63,765 nucleotides of DNA, filler included, from Choristocarpus tenellus KU-1152 (GCA_964200185.2; 11 parts of 11 records of this genome joined end to end with filler, not necessarily neighbours in it); one strand, 5' to 3'. Numbered from the whole stretch's first letter, positions 36,071 through 49,048 are shown. The notes: generated by a model from the letters alone, not told the origin. Numbers and translations are program-made.

Positions 36071-36695
36071 ATATGTTCGATAAGATGTAGAAATATTAAC
36101 ACCCACCCACACTCATGAAATAATGTAGTTGGCCAGTGTATTCTTGTTACATTTCCAATCCTATGATGAAAAGAACGATGAGGGAATGCGTTCCATGGAT
36201 GATGGAAGATGGATAATGCATAAATTGGTTCAAGGTTAGATAACTGCCTTTTGATACAAGGGTATGTTCTTGATTGTTCATCCCCTTTAAAATATTCTTC
36301 ACTGCAGTGATAAGCGCAGCGGTTTAGGAGATCGCCTCTGACTAGGAGATTTGTTGCAATCAAGAGAGCGACCACAAACAACCAACCAGGCCAGAGGAGA
36401 AGGAGCAACAACAGGGAGTGGGATGTAACACTTGAGCAAAGGCTCCTGTCTCCTGTGGGGTATGCAATGCATTATGCTGGCGATGTGGCTGTTGTGTAAG
36501 ATGCAAGAAGGAGGATTGACTGGCTAGGATGATGGATTATCATAGTGATTATGAAGTGGTCGAAGCATTGGCTTGACCTTGTTGAAGTCGAAGACTGAGA
36601 CCATGCGTCTTTGGCCTCCCAATAAGCCTGCAAACGTCAAGCAGGGCCAGGTGGCTGGTCAGAACTACAAGTAGCCTGGCAAGTTGGCAAGTTGA

Positions 36696-36832
36696 GGGTC
36701 AAAGTATCTGGGGGGGGGGGTCGGCGTCCGTTTTTCACCCTTTTTTCGATTTTCACTTTCTTGGTGTGATTTGGTCGCACGTGTCGGATTTGAAAAAAAA
36801 AAAAAAAAAAAGTTGTTTGACCGAAACGGACG
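36696..36832 (+). mobile_element. MITE family B at contig end
   Basis: GGGTCAAAGTATCT-polyG...AAACGGAC. Confidence 0.7.
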
Positions 36833-36932
36833 NNNNNNNNNNNNNNNNNNNNNNNNNNNNNNNNNNNNNNNNNNNNTTAATTAATTAANNNNNNNNNNNN
36901 NNNNNNNNNNNNNNNNNNNNNNNNNNNNNNNN
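36833..36932. other. Artificial contig linker
   Basis: 44 N + TTAATTAATTAA + 44 N. Confidence 0.97.
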
Positions 36933-36980
<48 letters not shown>

Positions 36981-37225
36981 GGAGGCGGAGATTTGAAGGA
37001 AGACGAGAAAAGGAAAAGGAAGAGAACTACCAACAGCATGCGATGTGGTGGTAAAGTACAGCACCAACCCTAACCTTAACCCTGAACCAAATCCTATCGC
37101 AGCCCCTCAGATCCATGAAAATATACCATCCATAAAAAAGCATCATAAAAAAACATCAGGCAATGAAAAAAAAAAAAACTGATGCAAGCGCAGGTACGGT
37201 TGTTATGTATTTGACAGAAACTAGG

Positions 37226-37367
37226 ACTACAACCTGTTAACTACGCCTAAAACCTGTTACTACGACTACAATCTGTTAACTATGCCTACAACCTGTTAAC
37301 TACGCCTACAACCTGTTAACTACGGCCACAACCTGTTAACTACGCCTACAACCTGTTAACAACTACA
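37226..37367. repeat. 20-bp minisatellite, ~7 copies
   Basis: Unit TACGCCTACAACCTGTTAAC. Confidence 0.9.
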
Positions 37368-37639
37368 ACAAAGGTTGGAGACTGCTGTTCTCGACTGTAG
37401 ACCTGACCCGTTATCTACTCCTGTACTAAATAAGAAAAATGTTGATAAGGACAACAAAACACAAAATAAGACAAATTCAATCCCACTATTAAGAATCAAC
37501 AATAAGAATAAAAAATAAGAAAAAGTCAATCCCGCCCTATTTTTTTTCTTCAGCTGTCTGTTTTTTTATTAATACTCATCTCTGAAAGCCAGAACCCACT
37601 CTACTACTTCATCGATTTGACCTGACACACCAAAGGCTT

Positions 37640-37700
37640 GGGGTTAGGGTTAGGGTTAGGGTCGGGGTTGAAGTTGTCAGGAGTAGGGTTAGGGTTGAAG
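37640..37700. repeat. Interstitial TTAGGG-like repeat
   Basis: GGGTTAGGGTTAGGGTTAGGG plus degenerate units. Confidence 0.7.
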
Positions 37701-37983
37701 TTTAAACACGATAACCCCTTGTCCTTTCACTTCCATCAGGCTGGGCAAATGAAGAGGAACACAAGCAGGTATAGATTCTTGGCACGTGCTATGAACACGT
37801 AAGAAGCGAAAAAGATTTGAGGGGCACCACACCACCCTAGTACTAACACATTCCACTAGAGCTCTAGAGCTTCAAGCCACAAACTCCACATAACTACAGA
37901 GCCCATCAGCACCTGAACCCACGTGGCCTTCTACATGAGCAGTGAGTTGCTAACCTCTGATTGTTGCAGTGAATACACATCGA

Positions 37984-38122
37984 GTAAACACAGAGAGGGT
38001 AAAAGGGTAAAAGGGTAAAAGGGTAAACACAGAGAGGGTAAAAGGGTAAACACAGAGAGGGTAAAAGGGTAAACCCAGAGAGGGTAAAAGGGTAAACACA
38101 GAGAGGGTAAAAGGGTAAACAC
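37984..38122. repeat. 23-bp minisatellite with GGGTAAAA subunits
   Basis: Unit GGGTAAACACAGAGAGGGTAAAA, ~5-6 copies. Confidence 0.9.
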
Positions 38123-38397
38123 ACCACCAGTTCAACTCCAACAGCAACCACTTACACGATTTTAGTACACGAAAATAGGGACTCGCAGTTGAGCAGGTGG
38201 AAAAATTAGTTCTACCTCCACAGTCACTCGCTAGGATATCTTTCCGCATTTCCTTCAAGGACGAACGCTTCATAGCTCGAGGATTACAATCCACTTCTAT
38301 TCGCTGCCTCAGTCATGAGAGCAGCGTTACTGCGTTAAAAAAAAAAAAAAAAAAAAATTAAGAAAGTCAAGTCATCCAAGTAGATCATAGGGCTTAC

Positions 38398-38580
38398 ATT
38401 CACATAATGCGTGAATGGGCAGTCTCCTAGGCTCTCCCCATCGGGACCCGCCTTGCAGAACAACTCCATATTGACAGGTGTGCTCCCCTTTTGCAGGGCG
38501 GCCTTGGCCTCCGCAAACTCTTGTGCCTTGGCCTCTGCCTGTTCCCTCTCCTTCTCCATTTTCCCCTTCTTCACCTTTGG
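38398..38580 (-). CDS. DHAR: Dehydroascorbate reductase / CLIC-type GST, exon
   Basis: MELFCKAGPDGESLGDCPFTHYVN (KA..G..LGDCPF active site); tag acceptor, GTAAGC donor, 183 nt. Confidence 0.8.
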
Positions 38581-38599
38581 CTATACTCATACAATCACA

Positions 38600-38750
38600 A
38601 CCACGTTCACATTTCACATTCACATTCACATTAATATTCACAATAATAATGATAGCATTAATAGTAGTAATAATAGCAATGGTAATAGCAATAGAAATAT
38701 TAGTAATAATAATAATAATAATAATGATGATGATGATGATGATGATGAAG
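38600..38750. repeat. (CACATT)n/(AAT)n/(GAT)n microsatellites in an intron
   Basis: Direct reading. Confidence 0.85.
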
Positions 38751-40180
38751 AGGACAATACAGAATAAAAAAAGTATTGCAAATAATCTGAACCACAGGCA
38801 AAGAGGGCACATAACATAAACGGCTCATTTATGTTTTATTTTTCAATGCCAAGACAGTATAATAAATGTACATACTTGGGAGTACTCAGTATTGAATGGT
38901 AAGATACAACAACTGAATATACGTTACACTTCAAATTTTCAGTGCTCAACACGTACACATTGTGTTCCCAAGAGTGAATCAATTGTGTTCCCAAGAGTGA
39001 ATCAATGCCTTTGTAAAAAAAAAAATCTCTAGAAACTCTTGGCAATTTTCACAGGGATCGCTTCATCGTCTTTGAAAACCACCCTCATGTCAAAATATAG
39101 TTGCAAACCCCACAAGGAAAATTCTGATCCCCCATCCCCCCCCTTTCGAAAATCTCTAGCAAATCTTCATATTATGTTCTTGAAGTCTTAAGACTGCTCC
39201 GAGGGGGGTGCATGTAAGAGATTCACAACTTGTTAGGAAATTGGAACAACTTGTCATTGATGTCAAAATTGGAGTGGATTACCAAAGGGGAGGGGGGGGA
39301 TACAGTGAGTAATACGCACGTAAGCTAGACCTAGGAGCTCAGATTGTTACCCAATGCAAAGCAAACATGCTTATACACTCCTCTTCACCCTTACTTCTGT
39401 ACCATCCCATGAACAACCACACACGCACACGCAAAGCACACACACATGTACATGAACACAAGGAAGAAACTCACCATTGCACTGCTTCTCAGACCTCCCC
39501 TCACTACCTGCAAATAGCATATCTCCACCAACAACTGGTACTTCTTCACAAGACCTCCCCTCAATCATATCACTTGTTGCCTCTACTGATATCTAAAACC
39601 TCTCAAATATTTAAAGTCTCGTTAATGCAACATTCTGCCAATGTGGAGAGGGGGGACTGCAAGTCAATACTTGGTTGCTGTAACTTGAACTGGAGTGCTC
39701 CAAAGTACGTGATGACATTATTCCAACCATTTACTACCACTGAAGAAAGCTTGTGCAGTCTGTAAGTCACTGAAATGATCTCCTGTCTCAATAATTTCCG
39801 GTTTACTTGAGTCTCCTAGACTAGACTCCCCATTGTACACTTTCAAGGGGGAAGGGTTAGGGCAGAAGCTGATGCAGTTGAGGTTGTCGCAGATCATCAC
39901 TACACAACAAGGGCTTTAGAGTCCTCCATTTGCTACAGAGCACTCTGCAGAATAACCTAATGCATCCTAAAGTACAAATTTGCCTCTGCTCCATCTCTTT
40001 TCAGTTCCTGATATATTCCTCCGTGCCCTTCACCAATCTAGGACTATATTTCCTTAACCACGCAGCACGTTTGTTATTCCAATAACTGCAAAATCCACAA
40101 CTTGAAGTTCATCTTCCCTATCATGTCACCAATCCAAAAACCAGCGGACCCTAAAAAAATTGTACCCACATTCGCAATAG

Positions 40181-40510
40181 TCACTCATGGTTTCGTACCG
40201 GATGCAAGATAACCTCTGGATTCTCGCCGTGGATGTTTTTCACCGTTATCTCCCCCGCACCGTCACTGTCAGCACTGAGAGGGACCTTAGATGAGCCACT
40301 GGCTCTCAGAGACTGAACGTCCTTCCGTCCAGATACTGCAGACTGCTGGGTACGCGAGGAGATATTAAAGGATGCATTGGTATTGGGAGTGCTGAAGCGT
40401 ATGACACCAGGTCGTTTTGTGTCACACCCAGTGCAAAACCCAAGTGAAGCAACAAAAAAGACAAGGGCTACTTGAAACAACGAGGGCTTCGGGGAAGGAG
40501 GATGAAACAC
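40181..40510 (-). CDS. Possible upstream exon of the DHAR-like gene (hydrophobic stretch then Ser/Arg-rich)
   Basis: VALVFFVASLGFCTG...; splice boundaries not resolved. Confidence 0.3.
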   Translation of the reverse strand: MFHPPSPKPSLFQVALVFFVASLGFCTGCDTKRPGVIRFSTPNTNASFNISSRTQQSAVSGRKDVQSLRASGSSKVPLSADSDGAGEITVKNIHGENPEVILHPVRNHE

Positions 40511-41330
40511 GAAAAAATGATTCGAGGTGGAGGGGGAACTAAAGTACTGCAGAGCACATACTCTGTAGTGACTCTCACCCTATTCTACACCTAGACATAC
40601 CTTTGTCGAAAGAAAAAAGCTTGAACATGGGAAAATGGGTTGGGCAGTTGGAAAAAAGACAACGAACGCCAAGAATAAGGGGTAACAACGAAAGGCGCAC
40701 AAGGATTACTTGCCACAAAGGACACGAAGCGAATAGTTGAGGGTTCGGAAGGTTGTACAATAGTACAGTTTGCGGGGGCAGGAAGAGGAACACGCGTAGA
40801 AGACAGTTTGGCAACCGACCTAAGTGAGCTTAAATTGTCATTTTGAATACTTCCTGAACGCTGACCGTTTGCTAGAACCAAAGACTACAGAGTAAAAACG
40901 CAATATAAGTTTTCTGGGTATCCCTTCGTTTAAGAGGGGTAGTGGGACCATGTCACTCTCACGAGAGTTTCAGAGGATACTATCCCTTCTGCACATTACA
41001 ACTGTGGTACGATCAGCTAGGTCGTTGAGCTCCAACCAAACACCAATGGTACCACGACACATTAACCCCCCAGCTTCTCGCCAGGACTGTCATCCACTGA
41101 AGTGAATAGTGCATCTGGACCTAGTCAACACCAACACAAACTACAGGAAATGAGCGAGGGGACAGATGTAGCTATCGACGCACCTGAAGACGACCAGGCC
41201 TGGCGACAAAGCTTGGCTTCAGAAATGCCTCAATGGGGTTGGTCAGCACGAACAGAGACACCAGGGTCCGGGCAAGGAACATTATCACACAAAGTCTATA
41301 TAAAGAGTAAGGTCATGCAATGACCTCTAT

Positions 41331-41701
41331 TGTTGTCTATCTTAAAAAATATATTAAAACGTACATTTCTCTGTAACTCACCGATTTCCAGAGTAAAGTC
41401 GAGATTCAAGATTTGAGGTGATCTGGCACAGGTCATTTTAAAACCTGATCTCAGTCCAATCTACATCCGCGCGCACATGCAAGTGCATTGCACGCGCATA
41501 TCTTTGTCATTGGTTCAACATCAAACACAGATAAATAACTCTTGAGAATTCTCAGACCACTTGCTGTTGACTGTCACAAAGATGTGACATCACCCATTGG
41601 ATCTGGAATTCCCTTCAAACTTCTCTTTAAGATTTGATCGTTGAGAGAGGTTTGGGTTTGTTAGAACCACCCCACCATGACAAGACTGGTGATTCTCAAC
41701 A
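41331..41701 (-). mobile_element. Candidate 3' LTR of a copia-like element
   Basis: TGTTG...CAACA bounded segment with PPT-like GTGGGGAG immediately upstream on the minus strand. Confidence 0.4.
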
Positions 41702-42162
41702 CTCCCCACGACCGATTGGTCCCTGCCTCACAATAGATTGATACTTCAGACGCTGGACTGCCTGGTGACACCCTCTTGATTTGTCTGACATCCTCCACCA
41801 ATATGTCGAGACATCGAAAATGATTATATCGTCATATTTCGGTGTTGATAGTTGATTGCCGATACACCCTGAAAACACCAGAAAATTAAACCTGACCTAC
41901 TCTGAAAGTTCTCTCCTTTAGAAACACGTTCTTCGTGCTATCATGATCTTAAGGTCCACCAATAGTGTAGGTGTATAGTGTCTCAGATTTTTGTACAAAG
42001 AATACAATGACGGTTTTTCCCCTAACACCTCTCCAAAATGTTGGATAAAATAATATAAATAATATTTATATTAGTAGTAGGTAATTGTGGAAAGCATGTT
42101 TGTCTGTTATTATACCGTTATTGCCGTATGCCATATACCGTTATACCGTGGTACCGAGTGAG

Positions 42163-42262
42163 NNNNNNNNNNNNNNNNNNNNNNNNNNNNNNNNNNNNNN
42201 NNNNNNTTAATTAATTAANNNNNNNNNNNNNNNNNNNNNNNNNNNNNNNNNNNNNNNNNNNN
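42163..42262. other. Artificial contig linker
   Basis: 44 N + TTAATTAATTAA + 44 N. Confidence 0.97.
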
Positions 42263-42374
42263 CGCCACCCCCCCCCCCCAGGTACTTTGAGTCAAAGCTC
42301 ATAACTTTGAAACGGGGTAGCTCTCACAGAAAGACTCACCCCCATCACTACAAGGAGCACCAAAATATGTCTCA

Positions 42375-42660
42375 CAATCACATAGAAATTAGAGTATTGT
42401 CGTATGAATCTTCCCCTTCAGAGCTATTGAACACAAATAAACACATACATACAAAATCACAACACAGAAACAAGGTATCGTCATAGAATGACTCTTCCCT
42501 CTTCAGTTGAACTATGAATACAAATAATAAACACACATGCACAAAATCACAATAACATAGAATAGGCTATTGTCATAGAAATACCCTCCCCCTTCAGAAT
42601 TATGAACACCAGAAAGTACAGACACAAATCACAACAACGCGGAAATACTCCCCCCTCGTT
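42375..42660. repeat. Degenerate tandem repeat, ~85-bp unit, ~3.5 copies
   Basis: AAATCACAA..AGAA..GTCATAGAA..CCCCTTCAG..TGAACAC recurs. Confidence 0.7.
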
Positions 42661-42783
42661 ATACTCTATATCCAGTACAGTATTTTGCCCCACTCATCCG
42701 AATGTAACAATCTCTCTCCCCCCTTCGCCTTCCCCAGAGTGGTCTTTTTTGTGCAAAATAGGACAATAGTGAAGTGTACCTTA

Positions 42784-43045
42784 GAACCAAAGTATCTAAG
42801 ACGGTAGCACCGCGTCCATTTGGGTGTCAAAATCCAATGTTGCGATTTTGATGTAATTTTTGCTATCGTGTTTATTAGGAAGTGTGTCAATATCTATGTT
42901 TCGGACACACCTTTTCATAGCGTATACATTTTACCTAACTCCTATACATTTGGAGTAGGAAAATGTCATATATAAACCCCATGGGAACCCAAGCCCCAAA
43001 TGGACAAACAGGGCAATACTCGTACCCTCTAAGATACTTTCACTC
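42784..43045 (-). mobile_element. MITE family A
   Basis: TIRs present, TSD TTA/TTA. Confidence 0.88.
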
Positions 43046-45320
43046 TTATTTTGTGTATATGAGATTATTGTGTTGAATTGAGTCCATGTGATGTAACTAA
43101 TGAGATAGTACATCCGGATTATGTATGGGATCATGTATTGGTATATATTCCGCATTCAACTACTTGACATAACCGTTGACTTAGGAAGCACAAATAAATA
43201 ATAAACAAGCAATTAGAAGACACCCGACAAAGGTCACTCTTCTAATTTCAATCATCCATTCTTTTTCACGTTCAGCAAAAGGGGTCGTGTGAGGCTTCAC
43301 ACCCTCTTATCTTCACTACTGAGAAATAGCATTACCTCCCAAGGTAATTTGCACATTGTTCGCTCCCAAAGGATCGGAAATGTCTGACTTGTTCCACTCT
43401 TTATTTTTCTCCCTTCTTGAGGTACTCAAGTCCGAGTACCCAGTCTCCTCTTCTTTCTCCTTCGTGACAGGGCACTATGGGTGACAGACAAAGTATATCT
43501 ATGTCAAGTGGCAGCAACACTCTCCATTGCATGTAAGGCGAACTGTGTTCCTTTAGCCAACTTTGACCCTTCTAGAAATGCTGACAGCGGAAGTCCGTGC
43601 CTGAGGAGTGATTGATCAAACTGCTGGTTCCTTCTGCATCTGAAAAACAGTGTTTGTTGCAATGCAAGAGACTGCGAACAAATGGCAAGAGCACCAAAGG
43701 ACTTCAAGATTGAGTATGCAAATAAGGTGTAACCTATTTTGTACAGGAAATCGCGACACACGGAACACACAATAGTTATGCTGTCAGCGTCCCCATGCCT
43801 AACCGCAAGGCCTCCCCTTGATTAGAGGGAGACCTTTGAAGTCATGGTATGGGGCCCAAGCCATTGATGCGACCCAGTACACACAGGAAGGCGTTCTGTA
43901 CTCTCTTGCAGAGCCACAGGTAGAGAGAGAACTTGAAGCTATGGCCTCAAGTGCAGGCCATTGATGTTTCCCAAGTGCATGCTGTGCGGGTGCACTCTCT
44001 TGCATTGGCCCAAAGTCATAGAGAGAGACCCTGAAGCCATGATCTCGAGTACAGGCCATTGATACGACCCCGTCGTACACATTTAAGGTGGTCTGCATTC
44101 TCTTACATAGACTCACGGTCATAGAGAGACCCTGCAGCCACAATCTCGAGATCCAGTCATCAATGTGACCATGTGTGAATGCCCTCGTGCATGGTTGCAA
44201 GGTCCATTCCTCGCTGATGATGTGGTGTGAGCCACAGATGCCACATCCTAGACCCTTTCCCTCCAATTCGAGAGAAGTGAAGGATGAGATGAGTGCAGGA
44301 CGTACCAAAGAGTTGACAAAACCACTAAGGAGGAATTCAGAGCACACGAAGGAGCTCTCAAAAGCCCCGTATGGTAAGGTGAGTACTCTCTCCAGAATGG
44401 TGGGACAAGGTACATGTTACAAGCGCTACCATTGCTTTACCTTGATGGGATAAGTACTTCCAATCCACAACCCAACAGGCTGATAATGAGGTTCGGAGAG
44501 ACCTAAAGTACCTGGGGGGGGGGGGAGTCAGCTGGTGCCATAATAGAAATATCGCAAAATGTGCTGGATCTCTCTTGCTTTCATTGTTCACTTTATGACC
44601 TGATCGAGGTATTAAAAGGACTGAGACGGGCAAGAATGCATGCTCTCACAATGACTAATAAATAAACAAATGGTCAAGAAGCACAGAAAAAAGACTTGAA
44701 GCCCAAAATTAAGTACATGGAAACTCCATTAACATCCATCGCTTGTGACAGAACATCATGGTGTAGACGTGAATGCCTACGGTAATGTATACATGTGTAA
44801 TTATATCTGAATAGAATTCTAGTAGAGGTAGAGTAGTAGTTCTAGTTGTAGTAGTAGTACTAAAAATAGTAGTAGTAGTGGTGCTGGTACCAGTAGTACT
44901 TAGTAGTATGTATATGTGAGGTATGTGGCAAGATACACACACCACATAAGAATACATTTGATACCTCCTGCACATATTACGTACAACATAAGCACAAAGT
45001 ACACACTACATGCTGCACACAGATATTGTTATCGCACATTCAAAATTGTACAATGTAGCAGTAGTAACACTGAATATGACAACACTTAACATCCACGACA
45101 AAAAATAAGCATGCAAAGTGGAACGTACCAACAATCAGACAACACTCACACACAAGCACGTCCCCGTAACGCAAACAAGTATGAAAATAATACAGCGTCA
45201 TTCTAAGTATAACTCCATCATCCAATGTATTATCAAAGCATTTTTTTTTACTCTGGTAACTTAATGTGACCAGACACATCGGGCAGTGGCATCACCACCA
45301 CCAATGTCGTCGATACCATT

Positions 45321-45459
45321 GGCTCAAAGTATCTGAGGGGGGGTGGTGGCTGTCCATTTGCGGTCCATTTTTTCATGTCGTGATTTTTGCGTGATTTGGT
45401 TGCATACATCGGATGGATAATATAAATGTACTTTTCCTGATTTTGGTCCAAATGGACAC
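45321..45459 (+). mobile_element. MITE family B at contig end
   Basis: GGCTCAAAGTATCTGAGGGG...AAATGGACAC. Confidence 0.78.
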
Positions 45460-45559
45460 NNNNNNNNNNNNNNNNNNNNNNNNNNNNNNNNNNNNNNNNN
45501 NNNTTAATTAATTAANNNNNNNNNNNNNNNNNNNNNNNNNNNNNNNNNNNNNNNNNNNN
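45460..45559. other. Artificial contig linker
   Basis: 44 N + TTAATTAATTAA + 44 N. Confidence 0.97.
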
Positions 45560-47939
45560 AAAGAAATAGGAAAAAAAAAAAAAAAAAAAAAAAAAAATGA
45601 AGGAGAAGACCACAAAGGGAGGGGGGGGGGGGGTAGAAAGGAAGTGGAGAGGAGGAGAGAAACACTATCAATATACCAATACCAAACCACAAAAGAGCTA
45701 AAAAAAAACCCCACCAATTCCTAATCTTATTGTTCTTATTTACTTTGTTTAATGACAAGGTGGATCAGGTCCACTTCCAACAACCAAAAAAAATGTTCCT
45801 GCCATGATGAGGAAAAAAACAAACCAGATACACGGTTGGGGACATACGCATCTTTGGCCTTATTAAAAGAGGGACCCTGCTAATACCAGCACGATCATAT
45901 CCTGATCATACGCCTGAGATCAATCCTCCATGCAAGGGTACCTCTCACGTACTGCTTCCAAGGAGGAAACGGCATGAAAGGACGGGCAGACTCCCAATCC
46001 CCATGGAATAGTCAAAACATCCTCAGCTGACAGGGACAGTTTAAAAAATAAAGAAGAGGAGGGCTGTAGTAGAATGACAGTGTGGTAATTAAGCACGGGA
46101 AAAAAAAGGGCGACCGGAGCGATCCTCGCTGTTGCCATTTCCATCACCCACTAAACCAGTGCAACATCAGTAAACACAAGCATGTCATCAAGAAGTCAAT
46201 TCACATCCAGTTGCTAGTTCTACAAGGGTACACACAAACAATCGACAGCTGACAGTAATGTCCTTTGAACTCAAGGGAAACACGCCCCTGGCTTGAATGA
46301 GCCCCGGCAATGGAATAGGGCTTCAACTGTATCCCTATCCCACAACTATTTGAATACGTATAGCAACCCCTACGACCACAGTACCCAACAGCTAGCCCAC
46401 CCTCCTCTCCACACCACAGGGTAAAGGTTAGGGAAGTACAGGTCTGAACAGTTGTTATTTTTATTACATCTGGCACAGCATAATTTTGCACTTTGATGAA
46501 GTAAAGAGCACAATTCCACACCATGTGACAAGAGACAGGAGCACGTGCTAAGAGATGAAAAAAGGCTTAAAAATAAAATAAAACCCAGAAAGAGGACACT
46601 ACTGTCCAACGAAGAGGATACCTACCGCCCTTACCACCTCCTCTATAGCAAAACTTTTACGACCTGCGGTTTACTAACACTTGACACAAAAGAGGTACAC
46701 AAGGCTGTTTATAAGGTACACCTCTACAGCAACAAGAAAATAAGGTTCATTTCTCGGCATACTGCCGTGAACTACGGTTCACGTAGACTTCAAAGCGGGG
46801 GGCAATGGCAAGAGTCTTCTGACACCCTTTCCTGAGCTTCTCACAGAGAGAGGGTGTCAGAAGAATGAAATGAAAGGTGGGGTGGGGGGGAGGGGGGGCT
46901 AGGTTACAGCACAAAACGTAGAGCAAGAAAACTGGTGTTGCACAAACCAACACAGGCTTTTCATAACCCTTCAAAGACGTGATTTTCTTTTTATGAATAG
47001 TGGGGAGTACACTGGCTGTGATTAAATATATAAAAAATATTCGACATCAAATTCAAAGGGCTTTTTTCGACTGGCTAGTTTCCCGAGCATATGCACACGC
47101 CTCCATTCTAATGGAGTGCATCTAATTTTTATGGCAGTTATCTTTTACACCCACCGAACCCTCTTGTTTCACCACGCTGGCAGTTTCACTTCCTCAGGAG
47201 CAAATCAAGGCCATAGACAAACGCGTTTAAGTTGATTTTCTACTGTCATAGCTGAGAGGATACCGCCACGTCTTGAGCTATGTTGTACTAGTACAAGAGT
47301 AAAAAGCTCATCCTACTTGTTCCAATGCGGAAGAAGTAGGATGGCGTTCACAGTACTTCTGCCCCGCAGTGTGTGCGATAGCAATACGTAAATAAAAGAG
47401 TAATAAAATGTACTATAGCGTGGATTCGTGGATTCTCACTGCATGCGCCGTTTGCACAGTATTCGTGGGGTTTATAGACGCCCCACCAAGGCGGAGTGCA
47501 TCTTTGACACTGTTTCCCTACCCCGACACTAGACCCTCTACTGTTGTAGCTCAAAGGTACAACGTATGACAGGGGGAAGGATTGATAGCAGAAAAGAGCA
47601 GAGGATGCACCACAACACTCTTAACACCACCATGAGCAGCGCAGAGTGGTGATATTCACGCCAATTAAACTATCCGGAGTCACGTACACAAATGTTAGGT
47701 GCCTCAGAGAACAACATCAGCTAAGAAGAAGACGCTGACTTGTATGACTCAACTCACAAAAACTGCGATACACTCCCTACAATTAGTCAAGCTATAGACA
47801 AGTTTCATAGCGGCGCACAACAAGCTTTTTGTCTTGTTCCATATATCCATATATATATATATATATATATATTTCAAGATTATATGGCATGTAAATACTT
47901 CTTTTTTTTTCTTAAACACACACACACACACACACACAC

Positions 47940-48081
47940 CTTGTCTTTGGTCGCAAAGAGCCCAATCTGTCCAGGTTCGAGTTCCATCAGCTTCGCAGTC
48001 TTCACCTTTATTGAGCCAAAGTTATCTGCTGGCTCACAGTGCATGAATATAGTGGTTGATTGGCGCTTCAACCGAATGTAC
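47940..48081 (-). CDS. ELOB: Elongin-B-like ubiquitin-fold protein, exon
   Basis: YIRLKRQSTTIFMHCEPADNFGSIKVK resembles the Elongin B N-terminus (YIRxKRxKTTxFxxCxPxxT); cag acceptor, AAG|GT donor. Confidence 0.7.
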
Positions 48082-48948
48082 CTGATCTCGTCCACGTCCA
48101 CGTAGACATAACATAAACACACACACACACACACATCAGACATTAGACAAGAGGGTGGCAATTACAATTATTGAGAAATTTCAGAAAACATTCAGTTCTT
48201 TGGAGGGTAGTTGCAGGTGGGGGAGGGAGGAAATGAAACACAGGGAGGCTTCCATGGCAAGCAAAAGATAGACTGCAGCGCCCCAAATGGGTGAAGCTAT
48301 GTATGCAATGGAACCAAGGGCAGGCAGCAAGATGAAATAGAGGATAACAATACTAGTCCATGACAATACCACACTTACACCCATGTCAATCCCAGCCTGC
48401 TACCCCTATTGGAACCACAGTACCATAGTATGCACTCAATGGAAACAATTCACACCGGGTTGCTTTGACATGGGAGAATATATGCCAAGAAATGGATGAC
48501 TTGATTATCTTGAAGTATCTGCGAATAAAGACCTTTTCATTGGCATTCTAGGCAGGGAGGATTAGCTCAGTCTTTCCCCCACCTCTGTTGTTCAAACTCC
48601 TATCTTTCTCAGTAACAGCCCCCTCGTAGAATGGACCAAGGGACAAATGCATATATAATGGCACAGGAGATGAAACAAGGATGCACAGGGAGGGGGCACA
48701 CTCAAATACTTCGAGGTGTTTTCCAATACGGTGTGAAGACTTGGAATCTTTGAGATTGAAAAATGGTAGACAGCGAAATGGAGAACAGTGAAACACCCCA
48801 AGATGACTCTGTCACCGAGTCTTGCAACCTGATACGTCTTCAACATCGACGTCTTCAACATCGACGCAGGTGTTACAGGAACTATAGAGCTATGGCGCGA
48901 GTCAGAACAATGTGCCAACATGTGTAATACACCAACAAGATGCCTATA

Positions 48949-49048
48949 NNNNNNNNNNNNNNNNNNNNNNNNNNNNNNNNNNNNNNNNNNNNTTAATTAA
49001 TTAANNNNNNNNNNNNNNNNNNNNNNNNNNNNNNNNNNNNNNNNNNNN
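48949..49048. other. Artificial contig linker
   Basis: 44 N + TTAATTAATTAA + 44 N. Confidence 0.97.

Noticed and set aside
37226-37367. CRISPR-like array
   Set aside because: Head-to-tail 20-mers with no unique spacers and no cas genes, in a eukaryotic context.
38372-38819. Poly-Ile / poly-Asn / poly-Met ORFs
   Set aside because: Translations of intronic microsatellites.
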